Positions 60,851-64,000 of a stretch of DNA of 64,000 nt are shown piece by piece. Position numbers and translations under genes: made by a program. The stretch is from Octopus bimaculoides (Eukaryota): NCBI RefSeq assembly GCF_001194135.2, contig NC_068982.1:64683377-64747376 (forward strand). The letters run 5' to 3'. The notes beneath the pieces were generated by a model, which did no database searches, was not told the DNA's origin, and saw only the letters and a list, made by a program, of their open reading frames with translations. Numbering within the stretch: position 1 is the stretch's first letter; the number at the start of each line of letters is the position of its first letter.

Positions 60851-62139
60851 GGTAGAGATTCCTAAGATGGAATGGTGAAAAATATTGCATTACTTGAATT
60901 AGATGGTATTTTATAGACCTGTATCCTCTCTTACAGCAAGATACCTGTTTCCATTTCTCTATCATACTTTAACCTCCCATCACCTGGTATAAAGCCACCT
61001 CCCTCAGTTGAGGGGTCTTGTCTTGCAAGTTACTTGGTAACCTCACTAGTGTTGGTGCCACATAAAAAGCACCCAGTACACTCTCTGAAGGGGCTGGTAT
61101 TAGGAAGGGCCTCCAGCTGTAGCAACCATGTCAAAACAAGATAATATTTTCTCATATCTAAATATGTCTTTTACAGAATGCTGAAAATGAGCAACATTGC
61201 TTTATGAAAATGATTTATCACCATCACATGATGGCCAGACAAGGGTAGCCAAACTCATAGATGTACACACACATATATATGATGGGCTTTTTTCGGAGCC
61301 ACCAACCAAATTCACTCACAAGACTTTGGTTGACCCAGGGCTATAGTAGAAAAAAAAAACATTTACCCACGGTGCCACACAGTGAAACTGAACCCAAGAC
61401 CACATGATTGGAAAGCAGGTTTCTTAACTACACAGCAATGCCTGTGCCTATGTCTCATATATACTTTCATCATATTTAATATCTTAAGGTTTTATTGTTT
61501 TCATATTTAGAACATTATATAATTACAGCCTTACAGTTTCAACATGCTGGAAATAATATTTTCATTGATGTCTATAAAACCGACAGTTACACATCCTTTC
61601 ATCATTAAAACCAATATTTCTTTTGAAATTAAATAATGCTATAAAAATATGTGCTAAAGTTACAGATATACATGTGAAGTGTTGAACAGTTCATACTTCC
61701 TTTAAATCATCATTTAACATCGGTTTTCCATGTTGGTAAAGGTTGGATGGTTTGACAGGAGCTGGTGAGTGAGAAGACTTCACCAAACTCCACTGTCAAT
61801 TTTGGCATGGTTTCTTCAGCAAAATTCCCTTCTTAATGTAAACCACTTTACAGAGTTTACTAGGTGTTTTTTACATGGCTGTTTTTGTATATGTGGAATA
61901 GTATTATAACACATCCTTTTGATTATATATATATATATATCATCATCATCATCATCATCATCAACATTATCATCATTTAACATCTGTTGTCCATGCTGGC
62001 ATAAGCAGGTCTGGAGTAGAGGGGACATGTCATTGATGAGATCATGAATGACAAAGAAAGGATCTTGACAAACTTAGCTGATTGATTGATTCACCAAACG
62101 ATTAATCAAACAATCAATTAATTAATTGGTTAAATAGTT

Positions 62140-62512
62140 GTTGTTGTTGGCACTCCATCGCTTACGACGTCAAGGGTTCCAGTTGATCCAATCAACGGAA
62201 CAGCCTGCTCGTGAAATTAACGTGCAAGTGGCTGAGCACTCCACAGACACGTGTACCCTTAACATAGTTCTTGGGGATATTCAGCGTGACACAGTGTGAC
62301 AAGGCTGACCCTTTGAATTACAGGCACAACAGAAACAGGAAGAAAGAGTGAGAGAAAGTTGTGGTGAAAGAGTACAGCAGGGTTCACCACTATCCCCTGT
62401 CGGAGCTTCGTGGAGCTTTAGGTGTTTTCGCTCAATAAACACTCACAACGCCCAATCTGGGAATTGAAACCACGAGTCCACTGCCCTAAACACTGGGCCA
62501 TTGCACCTCCAC
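62140..62512 (-). mobile_element. SINE family D
   Basis: Perfect 12-bp TSD GGTTAAATAGTT at 62128-62139 and 62513-62524. Confidence 0.9.
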
Positions 62513-62605
62513 GGTTAAATAGTTAATTAACTGATAAATAAAAATTTATAAAAGTGAAATAGAATTGATGTGTGTGCTTATTGCTGGCATGAATAACCAT
62601 CCCAA

Positions 62606-63005
62606 ACATGTGGAAGAGGTAGACCCAGGAAGACATGGGACAAGGTGGTGAAGCATGATCTTTGGATGCTGAAGTAATGACAAGTGACCAAGACCTTTGG
62701 CAATTTGCTGTACATGAGAAGACAGGTCAAGCTAGTGCCAGTGACACACGAAAGGCACTTATGCTGGTGACACATGTGAGGTATCCGTGCTAGGGACACA
62801 CTAAAAGGCACCTATGCTGGTGACACATAAAAGGTGCCCATTACACTCTTGGAGTGGTTGGTTGATGTTAGAAAGGTCATCCAGCCATAGAAACCAAACC
62901 AAATCAGACTGGAGCCTGGTACAGCTCTCCAGCTTTACAGTCCCAGTCAAACTGTCTAACCCATACCAGCATGGAAATCAGACGTTAAATGATGATGATG
63001 ATGAT
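62606..63005 (+). mobile_element. 3' end of a second RTE-clade LINE whose 3' UTR is the family C tail
   Basis: TCGRGRPRKTWDKVVKHDLW..MTSDQDLWQFAVHEK, followed by tandem GCTGGTGACAC units and the GAGTGGTTGG..CATCCAGCC..GACGTTAAATGATGATG tail. Confidence 0.75.
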
Positions 63006-64000
63006 TATTATTTTACTCAGTTCTTTATTATCTTCAAAACAAAGTAATATATTTTGATAAAAATATGTTAACAAAAGGGTTAATGAAAGTTCTCAGGTTT
63101 TATTTATTTCTCATGAAATTTTCAGATTTCTCAGTGAATTTCCAGATTATATTTATTCATAGATTCACAAACAACAGCTGATTTCAACAGGTCATCTCTC
63201 ACTGTGAGAGATATAATAAGCCAACAGATCAATGCTGCACTATATTTTTTAAGGAGAAAGTAGTAGGAGATATCTCTAATATTTGAATGCTTGTAACCCA
63301 TCATCTGAGACTCTTCCTTTTACAGCTTCTGGAAGATTGTTCCAGTTGCTGATGAATTAGTGCAGAAAGATGTTCAGTGTGTGAGCATGTATCAGCATTA
63401 GATTTGGAGTAAGCATGTGCAGGCAGAAGGATGCAGATCCTCATAATATTCTTGCAATGGTAGCATAACTGACTTTGTAGTTTAGCCCTCAGGTCATCAC
63501 TGATCCTGTAGACTTATAACCAAAGGTGTTTCACTCATGACAAACCTGTCTTTTTGTATACGCTTTTACTCTTTTACTAGTTTCAGTCATTTGACTGTGG
63601 CCATGCTGGAGCACCGCCTTTAGTCGTAAACACACCACCATCGGTTGTCAAGCGATGTTGAGGGGGACAAACACAGACACACAAACATACACACACACAA
63701 CATATATATANNNNNNNNNNNNNNNNNNNNNNNNATATATATATATATATATATACATATATACGACAGGCTTCTTTCAGTTTCCGTCTACCAAATCCAC
63801 TCACAAGGCTTTGGTCAGCCCGAGGCTATAGTAGAAGACACTTGCCCAAGATGCTACGCAGTGGGAATGAACCCGGTACCATGTGGTTGATAAGCAAGCT
63901 ACTTACCACACAGCCACTTCTGCACCTATATATCATATATTTACATGGCTTGAGTCAATCTAAGGTAATGGTAGAATATACTTAACCAAGGTGCAACACA

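Overview
This is a 64 kb window of AT-rich, repeat-dense eukaryotic DNA with N gaps. It is most likely an octopus (cephalopod) scaffold, inferred from the SINE and microsatellite landscape. Two host genes are supported. (1) The 3' ten coding exons (570-34699, +) of a flavin-containing monoamine-oxidase-like gene; all introns are GT-AG and phase-consistent, and the N-terminal exon(s) lie upstream of the window. The MAO covalent-FAD and aromatic-cage motif SGGCY is replaced by VLGSP. (2) An intact, intronless NEDD4-family-interacting protein gene (NDFIP, 46883-47758, +). The rest is mostly mobile DNA: a young 5'-truncated RTE LINE, CR1-type, R4/Dong-type and other RTE remnants, Tc1/mariner elements, hAT, piggyBac and Merlin-like MITEs, and several tRNA-derived SINE families (labelled A-G here). 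The most unusual items are: a tRNA-headed element carrying a Penelope-type hammerhead ribozyme and inverted pseudo-LTR arms (43294-43637), two further hammerhead-like motifs, two 8-bp-TSD elements with inverted TTAGGG arrays, and a perfect 42-bp hairpin in an intron. All coordinates were read by eye. No database search or folding was run, so boundaries marked approximate may be off by some bases.
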